Source: Octopus vulgaris
Lineage: Eukaryota
DNA: 64,000 nt
NCBI GenBank assembly: GCA_951406725.2
Contig: OX597814.1
Coordinates: 179,118,001 to 179,182,000 of the forward strand
Reading direction: 5' to 3'
Shown: positions 38,370-51,599 of the stretch, in pieces
How the letters are laid out: the number at the start of each line of letters is the position of its first letter
How positions within the stretch are numbered: position 1 is the stretch's first letter
Position numbers and translations under genes: made by a program
The notes under the pieces: model-generated
Seen by the model: the letters and a program-made list of their open reading frames with translations, nothing else
Databases searched by the model: none
Told to the model about the DNA's origin: nothing

Positions 38370-39200
38370 GCTTTCTACTATAGGGACAAAGCCTGGAATA
38401 TGTGGGAAGCGGTATAGTCGGTCACATCGCCCTCAGTACTTGACTGGTACCTGTTTTATCGACCTCGAAAAGATGAAAGGCATTTGAACTCAGAACGTAA
38501 AGACAGACGGAATTTTAGCTCAGAACACAAAGATAGACGAAACGCCGTTTAGTATTTTGTTTGGTGTGTTAACTATTCTGCCAGTTTGCTAACTCATGCC
38601 GTCTTAATATAATTATTTCTTTATTATCCACCGGGGGTTTAAACATGGAGGAGACAAACAAGGATAGACAAAGGGATTAAGTCGATTACATCGACCCCAG
38701 TGCGTAACTGGTACTTATTTAATCGACCGCGGAAGGATGAAAGCCATAGTCGACCTCGGCGGAATTTGAAATCAGAACGTAATGACAGACGAAATACCTA
38801 TAAGGGGCTAAACACAGAGAGGACACACAAGGACAGACAAATGGATTAAGTTGATTACGTCGAGCCCAGTGCGTAACTGGTATTTATTTAATCGACCCCG
38901 AAAGGATAAAAGGCAAAGTTGACCTCGGCAGAATTTGAACTCAGAACATAGCAGCAGAGGAAACACGTATTTCTTTACTACCCACAAGAGGCTAAACACA
39001 GAGAGGACAAACAAGAACAGACAAACTGATTAAGTCGATTATATCGACCCTAGTGCGTAACTGGTACTTAATTTATCGACCCCGAAAGGATGAAAGGCAA
39101 AGTCGACCTCGGCGGAAGTTGAACTCAGGATGTAACGGCAGACGAAATACCGCAAAACATTTCGCCCGGCGTGCTAACGATTCTACCAGCTCGCCGCCTT
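38370..39200 (-). mobile_element. SINE family B head-to-tail array (about 4-5 units)
   Basis: Recurrent ggattaagtcgattacatcgaccccagtgcgtaactggtactt..gaccccgaaaggatgaaaggcaaagtcgacctcggcgg; a single head at about 39180-39198; an oppositely oriented remnant follows at about 39240-39430. Confidence 0.85.
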
Positions 39201-42200
39201 TACTGCTTTGGTATAATGCAAAAAAAAAAAAAAAAAGTTCGGCGAGCTGGCACGATCAACAGCAGGCCGAAGAAAATACTTAACGATATTTTATTAGTCT
39301 CTACATTATAAATTCAAATTTCATCGAGGTCGACTTTGCTTTTTTCCTTTGCGGGTCGCTAAAATGAATGCTAGTTGAGCACTGATATGGACGTAATCGA
39401 CTTATTCCTCACTGAAATTGCTGGCATTGTGTCAAAATTTGAACCTAATATAATGCAACAGCATAGTTTATTAAGCACATTATAGTCGACCGTTAATCTC
39501 TTTTTGAATGACTTTTTAGGTCTTTTCAAATATTTCGTATCGAATGCATTCCATTCTATCATCATTTGTTAATAAGTATCACCTCCATCATATTTACTTT
39601 AAATATTTACTATAAACGTTTAGCATTTTCTGTAGTAATTTATGAAAAAAAATTTCACACTACCTATTATATCCAACTAAATACATATTTGACTTACATT
39701 ACCATTACCTATAATCTAGATATATATGTTGTACCATTAAACGGCTCATGCCTTCACTTCTCTTAAAACATTTATGCATTTCACTAAAAGGTAGGCGGAA
39801 TTCCAATTCACTTTGCACCTTAGCATGCTTATTGTAACTAATATTGATAAATACATTGTTGTGAATTACGTGTAGCATGAACTGTTTGTAATATTTATGT
39901 TCGAATTTGCTGGAATTCATATAATTTACATTTTTACAAACACTAATCTATATCAATAATGATGTTTAAAATTGACTGTACCCAAATTCTTGTGGTTGTT
40001 TCTTTTGCAAATTGGAGAAGTCTGAAGCAATTAGATAAACATATACACCACGCCTCTTGCTTCTCATTGATTCATCATTCGACCTTGATGAGGGATTTTT
40101 ACGGGCTGTTGACTTTGGACTTTCATAAAAAAAACATTACGTGTGACAATTGCTGATAATTGCCAACGAGAGAAGTAAAATGTGAAATATAAATATTTAA
40201 TTAATATTTCCTTTGATAGCCACTGGTGCCATTCATTCTAAAACTCATTCGTTGTTGATCTTTCAGCTGTCACTTGTTTGTTCACTTGGAATCAATTTGT
40301 GTGATTTTGTGATTTTGTATATTTATATGCCTATTTATCGTTTTTTTTTAATTTTTGCTTGCATAGCTAACTGTACAATTAGATTTTAGTTTTGAAAGCG
40401 GACAACAGCTTCCATTTGTTTTCCAGGAAATTATGGTCGAATTAATAATTCTTAAATAAATAAATTAAGGAGAAATGCATGACAGAGATAGGAATATCTC
40501 TAGTGGTTTCTGCATATCAATCATGCAAATGGTGCAGGGGGAATTTTTTTCCAATTTTAAAGGACAGCAAACAATCAAAATACACATGCTTTGATGACAA
40601 ATTAATATTGCGTCCTATTAGTCTCAACGGGTCCCAATGCCATCCGATGGCAACCCTATACACACATACATATTTTCATGCATATATATGGATATTGGTT
40701 CGTGTATGTGTGTATAGTGTGGTGAATGTGTTTGCTTAATACTTTATTTGTGGAGCAATATTCATTAAAACATCATTGTTTGCACTTGCATTATGTTTTG
40801 GAATAATCTCTTAAACGTTTAATAAATATAATATTTTTTTAATTGTGTTACATGTTTTATATGTTATATTTCCATGGTAATAATGAAACCGCGTGAGGGA
40901 GTGAATTTAGAAGTATCTGTAACAACGAAATTAATGTCTGTCTACGAGTTATAAGATTCATAAACATACTACGTTAGTCTGCAAATAGTTGCCCGTCGAA
41001 TTCCTTGATAACTATATTCAGTTGTCGGAAAATAGCAAGAGCAAAAGAGGATGGAGTCTTGTCGAAGGGAGAAAATTTAGGACTGCTACTGCGATACTAC
41101 ACATGTATCTGGATCTCACCACTAGAACCTAGGGCATTTTATCGTTTCAGATATTGGCGATAATGCGATGACCAGAACGCCATCAACAAACACCAAGAGA
41201 GTCAACACACATGATATCTGTTGACGATAAACATACCTTAGTGATGAAGTTGTATAAAGACGGTAATAGATTTGAAAGTATCACAATGTGTATGGCATAC
41301 AACAAGTGGAAAATGGGATCCAGGGCGATTTGTACTTTTTCTTCTTTACAGGCTTCAGGAAATCTCATTTTCTTCTTGTCTGTGCTACTCTGGCTTTTAT
41401 CTACGTTGGCGCATACAGAGGACAATATGTCATAGCTAATGAACCATATCTACAACTTTGCTGGGCAGACATCGGAGCAGAATAGGAGTCCATCACTATG
41501 AATATAATTTTACTGCATACATGTTCATTCACTATCTCACGTATTAGAGTTTTATCAGCCCTATTGAGAAGACATCATCTTGTTCTTCGGGAATTCATGT
41601 AACACCCCTTCTATGCACCATAGTTTATTGACTACTTTCATCGCGGAATGCTGTTTATTTTAATTCTTACACTCTTATATTTAACAGGTCAAAACGAATA
41701 GCTAGCAACAGAAATGGAAACATAATGTCTGCTGATATAATCCGCCTTTTATATCAGAAATTGTTATAGCAACAGCCAAATTAGTTTTCACCTCCTGGAG
41801 AAAAGAACTTGCCTTAATCCATATTTGGTTCATTAAAATCACAGCATATCTTACAGACTAAAAGTAAAGATATTCATCAGAATGAAGTCCCGAACATGAA
41901 ACAGAATATATGTGACCGTTTTACATAAAAATCCTTCAAATATCCAACACCTTCGTTTGCTAATATCTATTCCATGGATTTTTCGAGATACTTTCCTCGT
42001 AATTTTTCCGTTCTTATAGCACATCTTATAGCATTTCCCATATCGTCCCACATCGTATAACATCATTGTATTACTACCTGCTTTATTCCTTATGAATTTT
42101 ATTATCATTGCTGTAAGTATTATACAGGGTACATTTAACAAAACCCTTCCGTTATTGTTCTTGTGTTTTTATCTATCAATTATTGTACTTATATTAATTG

Positions 42201-43105
42201 TACCCAAATAACGTTATTTTGTGTACCAACATTTTAAATACTTTCTCCCCCAGTGCCGTACCTACGATCCAGTAATTTTAGTGCGCTCTTTTCTGTTCAC
42301 CCACTTTACTACATGATGTTCCAAAGCTACTTATTTTTAACTATCATTTTCTTTTAATTTCATTATATATTTTGCCTCGAATATGCTCATATTCAGATTG
42401 TATGCATAGTATATCATATCCTAAACATTTTCCATATATACATTCTCATTATATTTCAACTTATGTTTCTCTTCTTTCTGTTGTTATTTCTTCTTCTTCT
42501 GCATTTACTTTTCCTTCACATTCTTCATCTTTCTCTGTAAATTTCTTTTTCTCTGTCCACTAAAAACACCAATGCCTACAACCATAGCTCACCCTGCACC
42601 ATTAGATATTTATAACAAATACCACATCTGTGCTGTGCATTCATTTACAGGATCTTCCTAACCTTTTACGTTTCTCAATTCCATGAACTTTTAATCTTTT
42701 ATACAATCACTTCTACTCGCTTCCACCACATACATTCTCAGAAATATGTTTGTTCCTTTGTATTATTCGTTTCCCGTATGCTCTGTAGAGTTGTGTTTAG
42801 TTCATTTTCTCTTATGAATGCATTTATCAGTTATCTTCCTCTAAGAGTAATTTCACCAGCAAAATTATGCTCACAACTTCGACATTCAAGTTATGAGGAT
42901 CTATTCACAGTCAGCGAGCAGATAGAACTCTGGAATTGTTGATTTGTTCCGGCTGTTTGCATTCTGGATTCAAATCCAAAGGAGGGCTACTTTGCTTTTC
43001 ATGCTTTCGAGCTCGATAAAAAAAAGTAACGCAAAAATACCGATTCGATGCAATCGATTTGCAACTTTTCTTGTCAAAAATTACTACACCTCTGCCAGTA
43101 GTTGA

Positions 43106-43141
43106 GATTATTGCTATTATTATTATTATTATTGCTATTGC

Positions 43142-43231
<90 letters not shown>

Positions 43232-43260
43232 CATCATTATCATTATTATTATTATTATTA

Positions 43261-43333
<73 letters not shown>
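43106..43333 (+). repeat. (ATT)n microsatellite; long (AAT)n also at 54462-54560
   Basis: Direct reading. Confidence 0.98.
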
Positions 43334-43335
<2 letters not shown>

Positions 43336-45020
43336 CTGCTTTCAATATTAATATAGCTCGTTTGTGGTATTCCCTTTTTATTTTCTCTTTCATTTGTGTG
43401 TGTTGTATCGCATCTAGTTCATTGATTCCTAAGTATTTGTATGTCTGGCTTTGCTCTAATTCTATTATTTCATCTGCTTTATCTTGTGTGATGTACTCTT
43501 ATCTCGTTTTCCTTTTTTTCAATGTTGCTTTGGAACATCTTTCTAAACCAAATTTCATGTTTATTTCTTTGGTAAATCCATGTACTGTCTGTAGCAATGT
43601 TTCAAGCTGTTTATCATTTGTAGCATAGATCACCCACATACAAGAAATGGTCGATTGTTTTGTCGTAACATTTGTATCCACATCCAGTTCTGTTTAGCTT
43701 CTCAGATAAAGGTGTCAGTGCCACGGAGAAAAGGAGTGAAGAGAACGTGTCTCCCTTGAATATTCCTTTTCTAATGAGGATGGTTCTGGTTTTTATGAGG
43801 CCCTCTTTTGTGTGAAGTTTTAGCACTGTTTACCATTTCTTCATTGAATGTTTTATATATTTTGATAATTATGGGTGCTACCTTGTTCATGGTTAGTGTT
43901 TCTAGGATCCATGTGTGCGTAATACCATCAAAAGCTTTTCGATAATCAGTTCGAGTCATACTTTGACCCTTCTTCTTTCTGCGGCTGTCTTCAGTTATGG
44001 CTTTATTGATCAGTAGCTGTTCTTTAGTGTTGTATGAGTTCTTGCAGCATCCTGTCTGCTCTTCTAGAAACAGTTTATTTTCTTCCAGATGTTTTCCCAT
44101 TCCTTGCCATATTACTGTAGTAAAGGCAAAACGCCTAGATTGTATGTTATTTCTAAAGTCTGCAGATGCTTTCCTTTTCAGTTTGGGTGTTATTGATCCC
44201 AATTCTTCGATGAAATTAGGGGCAACATTTATGTTTGACTCTCGTAGCTGCCACATCTTCGCAGTCTCAATTCTCAGGTCTCCATATTTCTCAATCTGTT
44301 CTCTTTCTTACATGATAATACGTTGATCTCCTGGAACTGCCACATCGGTTATTAGGCACTCTTGTTTGTCCCTCCTAAAGGTTACTATACCCGGCCTTCA
44401 GTACTCTAACCTCTTCTCTGTCTCGAAGTCCAAGTCCTAGAGGCTTTACGCCTTCCCATTTTCGTACATTACATTTTCCGGAGTATGTTAGTACCAAAAA
44501 CCTGTTACCTCGTATCCATATTTCCAGCATAGTAGCCAGTGAAGGTTTGGGGCTTCCTTGTCGTTTCTGCGTTAGTACTCTTTATGCGCAAGACATTCAC
44601 AAGCACTAACAATACGAGTCACACTTTCGAGTCTCTTCCCACACATTCTGCAGAGGTTCGTTACGTTTGTGTGGTATATATCCCTTTTCACTTCGTTGGT
44701 AGTCCATGCCTGGTCCAGCGATGATCAGGTTTTCAGTATTCTTTTTATATGCTATCCTTGATAAGCCACCTTCTTGATGCTTCCTGGTCTTTTAAGTTCT
44801 TAATTTCACGGTGGAACTGGCCATGTAATTCCATGCACAGTAGGCTTTCTTCTCTCTTGTTGGCTGTCCCTGATGGGAATTCATCAGCACTCTCAAGTAC
44901 ATTTTTGGTAAATGCTTCTATATTAGCAGCATACTGTAGCAGATCTTGTTTGCTGTTTACCAAACATTCTGCCATGTTTCTTCTTTCACTGTTGATGCAC
45001 TGCGATATGCTAATCTGCCC
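43330..45020 (-). pseudogene. R4/Dong-like retrotransposon fragments: RT (43330-44150) and C-terminal/RLE region (44150-45020)
   Basis: EEQTGC..TKEQLLINK; DYRKAFDGITHTW; RKGIFKGDTFSSLLF; HFLYVGDL; KFGLERC; YKYLG. RLE-like LITDVAVPGD..KYGDL; LHGQF..W. Confidence 0.85.
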
Positions 45021-46157
45021 ACGACAGTTATGATTTCAAATTTCTTCAGGTTCAACTTACCCTTTCAGCTATTAACAATTTATAACGACAACATCTATGT
45101 GCGATTGCAAGAGGACAGAAACATTTGAAGTCAGGTAACCAAATTAATATATAAATGACTGCGTATTGCCAAGGCATGTGTAGAGTAAAGCAATTTTAAG
45201 GTTAACTCAGCGTACCACTATATGACAAAGCGGAAGCTTTAATCTTCATTAAACTACCAGATTAAAAAGACATAGACAGGAGAATGCTGTCTTATTTACC
45301 GACCTCGAAATATTAAAATTCCGTCTTGAGCAACAAGAGGCTTGGGTATATTGCAGAGAGAAAACCTGAATGTTTCCGTCGAACGAATATTATAAGATTA
45401 TATCTGGCATTCTATCGATTCTATCAATAGCTTCCAGTGAATAAAACACACTCTCCCAGGTGTATATACACTCACAGGCATACACACACACTTTCACACA
45501 CACGCACAAACACGCATATATAATCTGAGAGTGAGAGGTAGAAAAAGAGAGGGAGAAATGGAAAGAGAGAGAAAGAGAGAGAAAGAGAAAGTGAGAGAAT
45601 TGGCATCTCCACAGCATAAATCTAACCAAATTCGATTCACGAAGTCCCAGCTCAAAATTAAGCTCTGACGTAATAAACTTGCCTGGAGCGACACTAAATA
45701 GGATAGAAACCGAATCTACGTGATTTGCGTACACTCATATTTCTGAAAATACTCTTACATTTGAAATATTCTGCTCGTGTTGAAAACTATGTTTTTTTTG
45801 CAAATAGCAAAGACGGAGACTGGTCCATACAAATATAAACCAAATTCACACCAAGTGTGCCCCAGCATAGCCACGGCCTCTATCTCGTAGAAGTAAAATG
45901 TATGTGTGTGTGTATGTGTACGTGTGTGTGTTGTGTGTGTGTGTGTTTGTGTGTGTGTGCGTGCGTGCGTGTATGTTTGCGCGCATATGAGACTGATACT
46001 AAAGAGTTCTCTGTTGAACCTCATACTTAAGAATTCACAACGTCTGAAAGCTGATTGTTATCCCGTAATGCCTGCAAATCGATGTAATCTATGAGGCTGG
46101 CCGCTGTGTACAAGGACATGCGTACGCGCGTGCGCACACACTGACTTATATGTGTAT

Positions 46158-46193
<36 letters not shown>

Positions 46194-46461
46194 GTGTGTT
46201 TGTGCGGACATGCATCCTCGCATGTTCACTTCTTTTAAGCATGTCTTTGTTTCTCTCCCTGGATCATACTGGTTCAGCAAGAAGATTCACATAGAATAAG
46301 CACCAGATTTAAAATGTAAGAACTTAATTGAATCGAATCGACGAATCGATTTAAATACGTAAAAAGAAAACTAGATGATTATTAAATATCTATCTATTGA
46401 ACTATCTTTCTCTGTTTCAATCTCTCTTTCTCTCTACCCCATCTCTCTTTATCTTTCTCTT

Positions 46462-46574
<113 letters not shown>

Positions 46575-46583
46575 GTAGATAGG

Positions 46584-46648
<65 letters not shown>

Positions 46649-46685
46649 TATATGATATATATGTATATTTATACATATATAAATG

Positions 46686-46736
<51 letters not shown>

Positions 46737-46869
46737 GTTTATATATTTGTTGTGCAAGATTATTGGCTAAACTGGCAAAATGACCAGCCCGAAATATAAC
46801 AATATATATATATATACTAGCAGAGATAGCCAGCCTTTCTTGGAATTGAAATGGCATATTTTTTTTATT

Positions 46870-47160
46870 GTTCTATTAGTTTCAGTCAGGTGACTGCAGC
46901 ATGCTGGAACAACGCCGTTGGTCGAACAATTCAACCCAGGATTTGTTCTTTGTAAGCCTAGTACTTATTCTATCAGTGACTCTTGCCGAACCGCTAGGTT
47001 ATAGGAAGATAAGACACACCAACAATGGTTGTCTAGCAATGGTGGTACAAACACAGACACACACACACACACATGTACACATATACACATATATACGACT
47101 GTCTTTCAGTTTCCGTGTACGACATCCAATCCACTCACAAGGCTTTGGTCGGCCTGAGGA
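46870..47160 (-). mobile_element. SINE family A fragment; further fragments at about 49108-49285 (+), 53350-53560 (+) and 57243-57395 (-)
   Basis: Collinear similarity to 24229-24620. Confidence 0.75.
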
Positions 47161-47162
47161 TG

Positions 47163-47294
<132 letters not shown>

Positions 47295-47368
47295 GCATCT
47301 ATATGTGTATCTGTGATTGTATAGATAAATAAATAGAGCTAAGCGCAGGTGTTATTCAAATTCTTTTA

Positions 47369-47457
47369 CATCCGACATATGTTTCGAAGACAGCATTGGT
47401 ATTATTCCAGAAGGAATAAAATGGTGCAAAAGAATGCAATTTTCTCATCAGAGAAAG
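47369..47457 (-). ncRNA. Type I hammerhead ribozyme with extended stem II
   Basis: Minus strand: UCU-CUGAUGA-gaaaauugcauu...aaugcugucuuc-GAAA-cauaug-UC-GGA. Intact core, palindromic stem III, GUC triplet; stem I is short. Confidence 0.7.
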
Positions 47458-47878
47458 AAACCAAACACATCAATAAGACATTTTAATAGAATGTGATGAC
47501 TGTGTATGTGTTCAAGGAGTCGTTATCAAGTATTGGTTTTAAAAAAAACCGTTAGTAGAAATAGCGTCAAAGGTAGTATATAAGGAAAAGGAGGAGAAAG
47601 TAAAAAAAATTAGCAGAAAAATAATAGTGCAGATATAAAGAGCGATAGGTGAATTAGAATAAAGCTTAAAGGAATGGAAGTAGATATATTTAGTGGATGT
47701 ACAATGTAAGAAGTCAGTCAAAGATTAAATTTTATATATGCGTATATATGTACATATGTATACAGTCCAAGATTCGAAACCATAATCCTTGATTATGATT
47801 GCAACACTCAAACCACTAAACTTTACTACTCTACACAGACACACACACAAACATAATACACAAACGCAAACGTATATA

Positions 47879-47966
<88 letters not shown>

Positions 47967-47974
47967 TATATACT

Positions 47975-48194
47975 CTGTGTAGAGTAGTGAAGTTTAGTGG
48001 TGTACCGTTGGCGATTTTTTTTCCTGTCTTCCCTTCTCTGGATCTTTCCTTCTCCTATGTTTCCGACGAAGAACTCCGCTCGAATCGTTAAATCCTCCCT
48101 CTCCCCTTCCTTCCTGAGCGTCCAATAATACTATATTTGTTCCACATCCTCGCGTTGCTGCGTTTTCTTTTTTTGTTTTCATGCTTGGATTAAC

Positions 48195-48197
<3 letters not shown>
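47975..48197 (+). mobile_element. Penelope-pLTR-like fragment with decayed minimal hammerhead; its 5' end is inverted at 47812-47839
   Basis: GUUU-CcGACGA-a-gaac(ucc)gcuc-GAAu-CG-UU-AAAU at 48059-48093; ctgtgtagagtagtgaagtttagtggt pairs with accactaaactttactactctacacag. Confidence 0.55.
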
Positions 48198-48264
<67 letters not shown>

Positions 48265-49281
48265 CTATATATATATATATATATATGATTGATTGATTCT
48301 AGTTTCAGTTTATGAGCTGTGGCCATGCTGGGGCACCGCCATTTGGTGTTGCTACTTGGTTTCACTTCACGAAAGCTTTCTAGCAACTGCCATTTGGTGC
48401 ATGAGAGAGTTCGATGCAGCTGCCCTCATCTGCCCCTCCTGCCGTGAAGTTGGTTCATCTGGGACACCTGACAGGATATAATTACTCACACACACATATA
48501 TTATATATATATATATATGTAAGTATACGTGTGCGTTTGTATGTATGTATGTATGTATGGATGGATGGATGGATGGATGGATCAAAACACTTTGATTCAA
48601 ATTCGTTGTTAATCTTGAGTTTAAAGCGTGATGCTAGTTGCCAACCATTTTGATTTTGAATGACAGAAGTTGATTGGCATTACCGTAAGGTGGGCTGTGA
48701 TTGGTCGAGGAAGGTCACGCGATGTCGTGGTTTGATGTCGATATGTGGCTAACAGTTATTTGGGAAATACCGAATGGTGAACAGGAAATTGACCACGTGG
48801 AGGACAGGAAATAGAGTACGTGGATATTAGGAAATTGGTCAGGTTGAAGGGGGTGAAATGGGAAGGGACGGCATGTGTAAGAATAAAGTTCTATATGCTG
48901 GTGTGTAGATCCGCTTATATAGTTTTGCGTACATGATTACATCCATGCTAGTGTGCGCATATGTACATGGGCGCGCATGCGCACGTCTGTACACACACGC
49001 ATACACACGCACACGCACACTAATATGTAGAAAGAAATAAGGAGAGAAAATAAAGAATGTGTAGTAGCTAGCGATCCCTCATAACGAATATATATATAGA
49101 TATAGATGACAACCGATGCTGGTGTGTTTACGTCCCCGAAACCTAGCGGTTCGGCAATAGGGAGCAATAGAATAAGTACTAGGCTTACAAAGAATAAGTT
49201 TTGTGGTCGATTTGCTCGACTAAAGTCAGTACTCTAGCATCACCACAGTCAAATGACTGAAACAAATGAAAAAAATTTAAA

Positions 49282-49360
<79 letters not shown>

Positions 49361-49714
49361 GATGCATTTATTCATGTATATCATGAACAGGCATGGTTGT
49401 GTTGTCCTGCCCACAGTCATGATTGCAGGGTTTGAATACCCGGGTAGGAAATAGCCTTGTGTTCTTCAGCTAAATTGTCATCCCAGACCTGGTAGAACTA
49501 CATATAATTATATCTTGGGACCGTCACTGGGCCAAACAGTGATAGAATCCGGAATATCTGTATATCTTGTTTGGCCTAAATAGTCCCCTGAAAATTTATA
49601 AAATGTATGATACAGTCTCATTTACTTGGTCAAAGGGTCAATGATGCATGAATTCAGTAGTAAGGAAACTATTCCGACAGTTGGTATGCTGACATTTTGA
49701 TTTATTTTATTCTT

Positions 49715-50420
49715 TTAGTCAAGGAAATCGACCCTAGGACTTATTCTTTGTAAACCTAGTACTTATTATATCGGTGTCTTTTGCCGAACCGCTTGGTTAC
49801 GGGGACATAAACACACCAGCATTGGTTGTCAAGCGAGGTTGGGGAAGAAAAACACAGACACACAAACACACACACATTATATATATTTATATATATACAT
49901 ATGCAGTATTTAAACATATCAAAGGGAAATGGAATTTAATTAAAATTAAAAACATTCAATCAAAATTTACATTTCCAGTGGTCTAACGCGTAAAAAATTT
50001 TAGTCAAAAATACTATATATTAGTCATACGATATAGTGTATATTTAAACACATAGAGAATCCGCTTATAGGGATTCTACGCACTACGCATTAGAAAGAAC
50101 AGCTAAGTTCTATGACCACAAAAAATTCGGGACAAAATTCGACAGGAATAAATTTGGAAATGAAAAACATTTACCATCTAGTTTCCAGGAAACTTAGCTG
50201 TTCTTTCTAATGCGTAGAGTCCCTATAAGTGGATTCTCTATGTATATACATATGCATATATACGACGGGCGTCTTCTAGTTTCCGTCTACCAAATCCACT
50301 CTTTGGTCGGCTCGGGGCTATAGTAGCAACAACTTGCCCAAGGTGCCACGCAATGGGACTGAACCCGGAATCATGTAGTTGGTAAGCAAGTTACTTAACA
50401 CACAGCCACTCCTGCACCTA
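49715..50420 (-). mobile_element. SINE family A interrupted by a younger insertion
   Basis: Pieces at 49715-49890 and 50257-50420 are collinear with family A. Confidence 0.8.
49906..50242. mobile_element. Short insertion with internal inverted repeat and 14-bp flanking direct repeat
   Basis: 50051-50109 is inverted at about 50191-50242; TATATACATATGCA at 49892-49905 and 50243-50256; ccagtggtctaacgcg resembles ccagtggcctagcac of the 5383 element. Confidence 0.7.
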
Positions 50421-50599
50421 TTTGCTAACTATTTCTAGTAAACCTAGGGACTGCTTAGGGACATTCTTAGATTTAGGAAGGTAGCTAATTTCATTCATAG
50501 GAATAAGTACGGGAAAATCGTATTTTTTACTTGAAAATGCATTTTTAGCATATTTTAACGATCATAAACATTATGCAACTATTCTATAATGTTTTGACA

Positions 50600-51411
50600 C
50601 TCAAGCAATTGTTTTTCTTTCTTTCCCCTGCTTTATTTTGAAAAGTAAGTAGGCATTAAAAATTGGTAATAAAATCCATATTCTTTCTACAAATTTATTG
50701 AAACAAATGATATATGTTTTTTTATTACATGGGAAAATTAAAGTAAATCTTCATATTTCAACGTAAGCATCGGTGGCGTCAACCAGTTTCCTCAAACGAT
50801 CAGGGGTGGAATGAATGAACAACCTTCTGAAGGACGTCGTCCGGGGTATCATTGAGAACCTCCTGAATCCGTGACTACTAGACCTCCAAACGTCCGAGGT
50901 CTTGTCTTGTACACCTCTTCTGTGTAACCTCATTTGTAAAAATTACATGGTGTGAGATCTGGACTTCTGCGGTCACAGCCTTCAGTTTCAACTCCTGCAT
51001 GTAATGGGGATTTCACGGATGGAAATTCAGTTCTTTGTGCAATAGGATACGTATTTTGTGTATTGTTAGTCCATTTTCACGAGCTGCTTCAAGCGTCGAT
51101 TTTCGCGGACTGCGATTAGACATTTCCTGAGCTGTTGCCACGTTCTCCGCTGATCAGGATGTGGTCGGACAGCCACTTCTTGCATCGTTCACAGAGTCCG
51201 TAGTCACCAGCTTTGCATGACAAATTTTAATGTCTTCCGGACATATTGTTACGTGCTTACCTTGCCATGCACGCCACCATCTCTGATCCCAAACAGATTT
51301 CCACACTTCATAGCATGCTGCTATCTTACCTCGCTCCTTGTCATGACTTCAGTGATACTAAAAATTCTATAAGCAATTTCTAATGCCTAGTTACTTTCCA
51401 CCCACCATGTA
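50600..51411 (-). pseudogene. Decayed Tc1/mariner transposase remnant
   Basis: Minus strand starts TA-catggtgggtggaaagtaac; contains SPDLTPCNF and ends RLRKLVDATDAYVEI*. Confidence 0.7.
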
Positions 51412-51447
51412 TATATACGTGTGTGTGTATGTACAGATATGTATATA

Positions 51448-51599
<152 letters not shown>

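Noticed and set aside
38370-39200. Regularly spaced repeats as a CRISPR-like array
   Set aside because: Whole ~180-bp units are homologous SINE bodies with no unique spacers; the context is eukaryotic and no cas genes are present.
40900-42900. Coding-like composition, possibly a host exon or old retroelement
   Set aside because: No recognisable motif or sustained frame; a translated homology search is needed. The same applies to about 1450-2400 and 30850-31700.
45069-45134. AG...GT-bounded segment resembling an exon
   Set aside because: Stop codons in all three frames and no supporting neighbouring exons.
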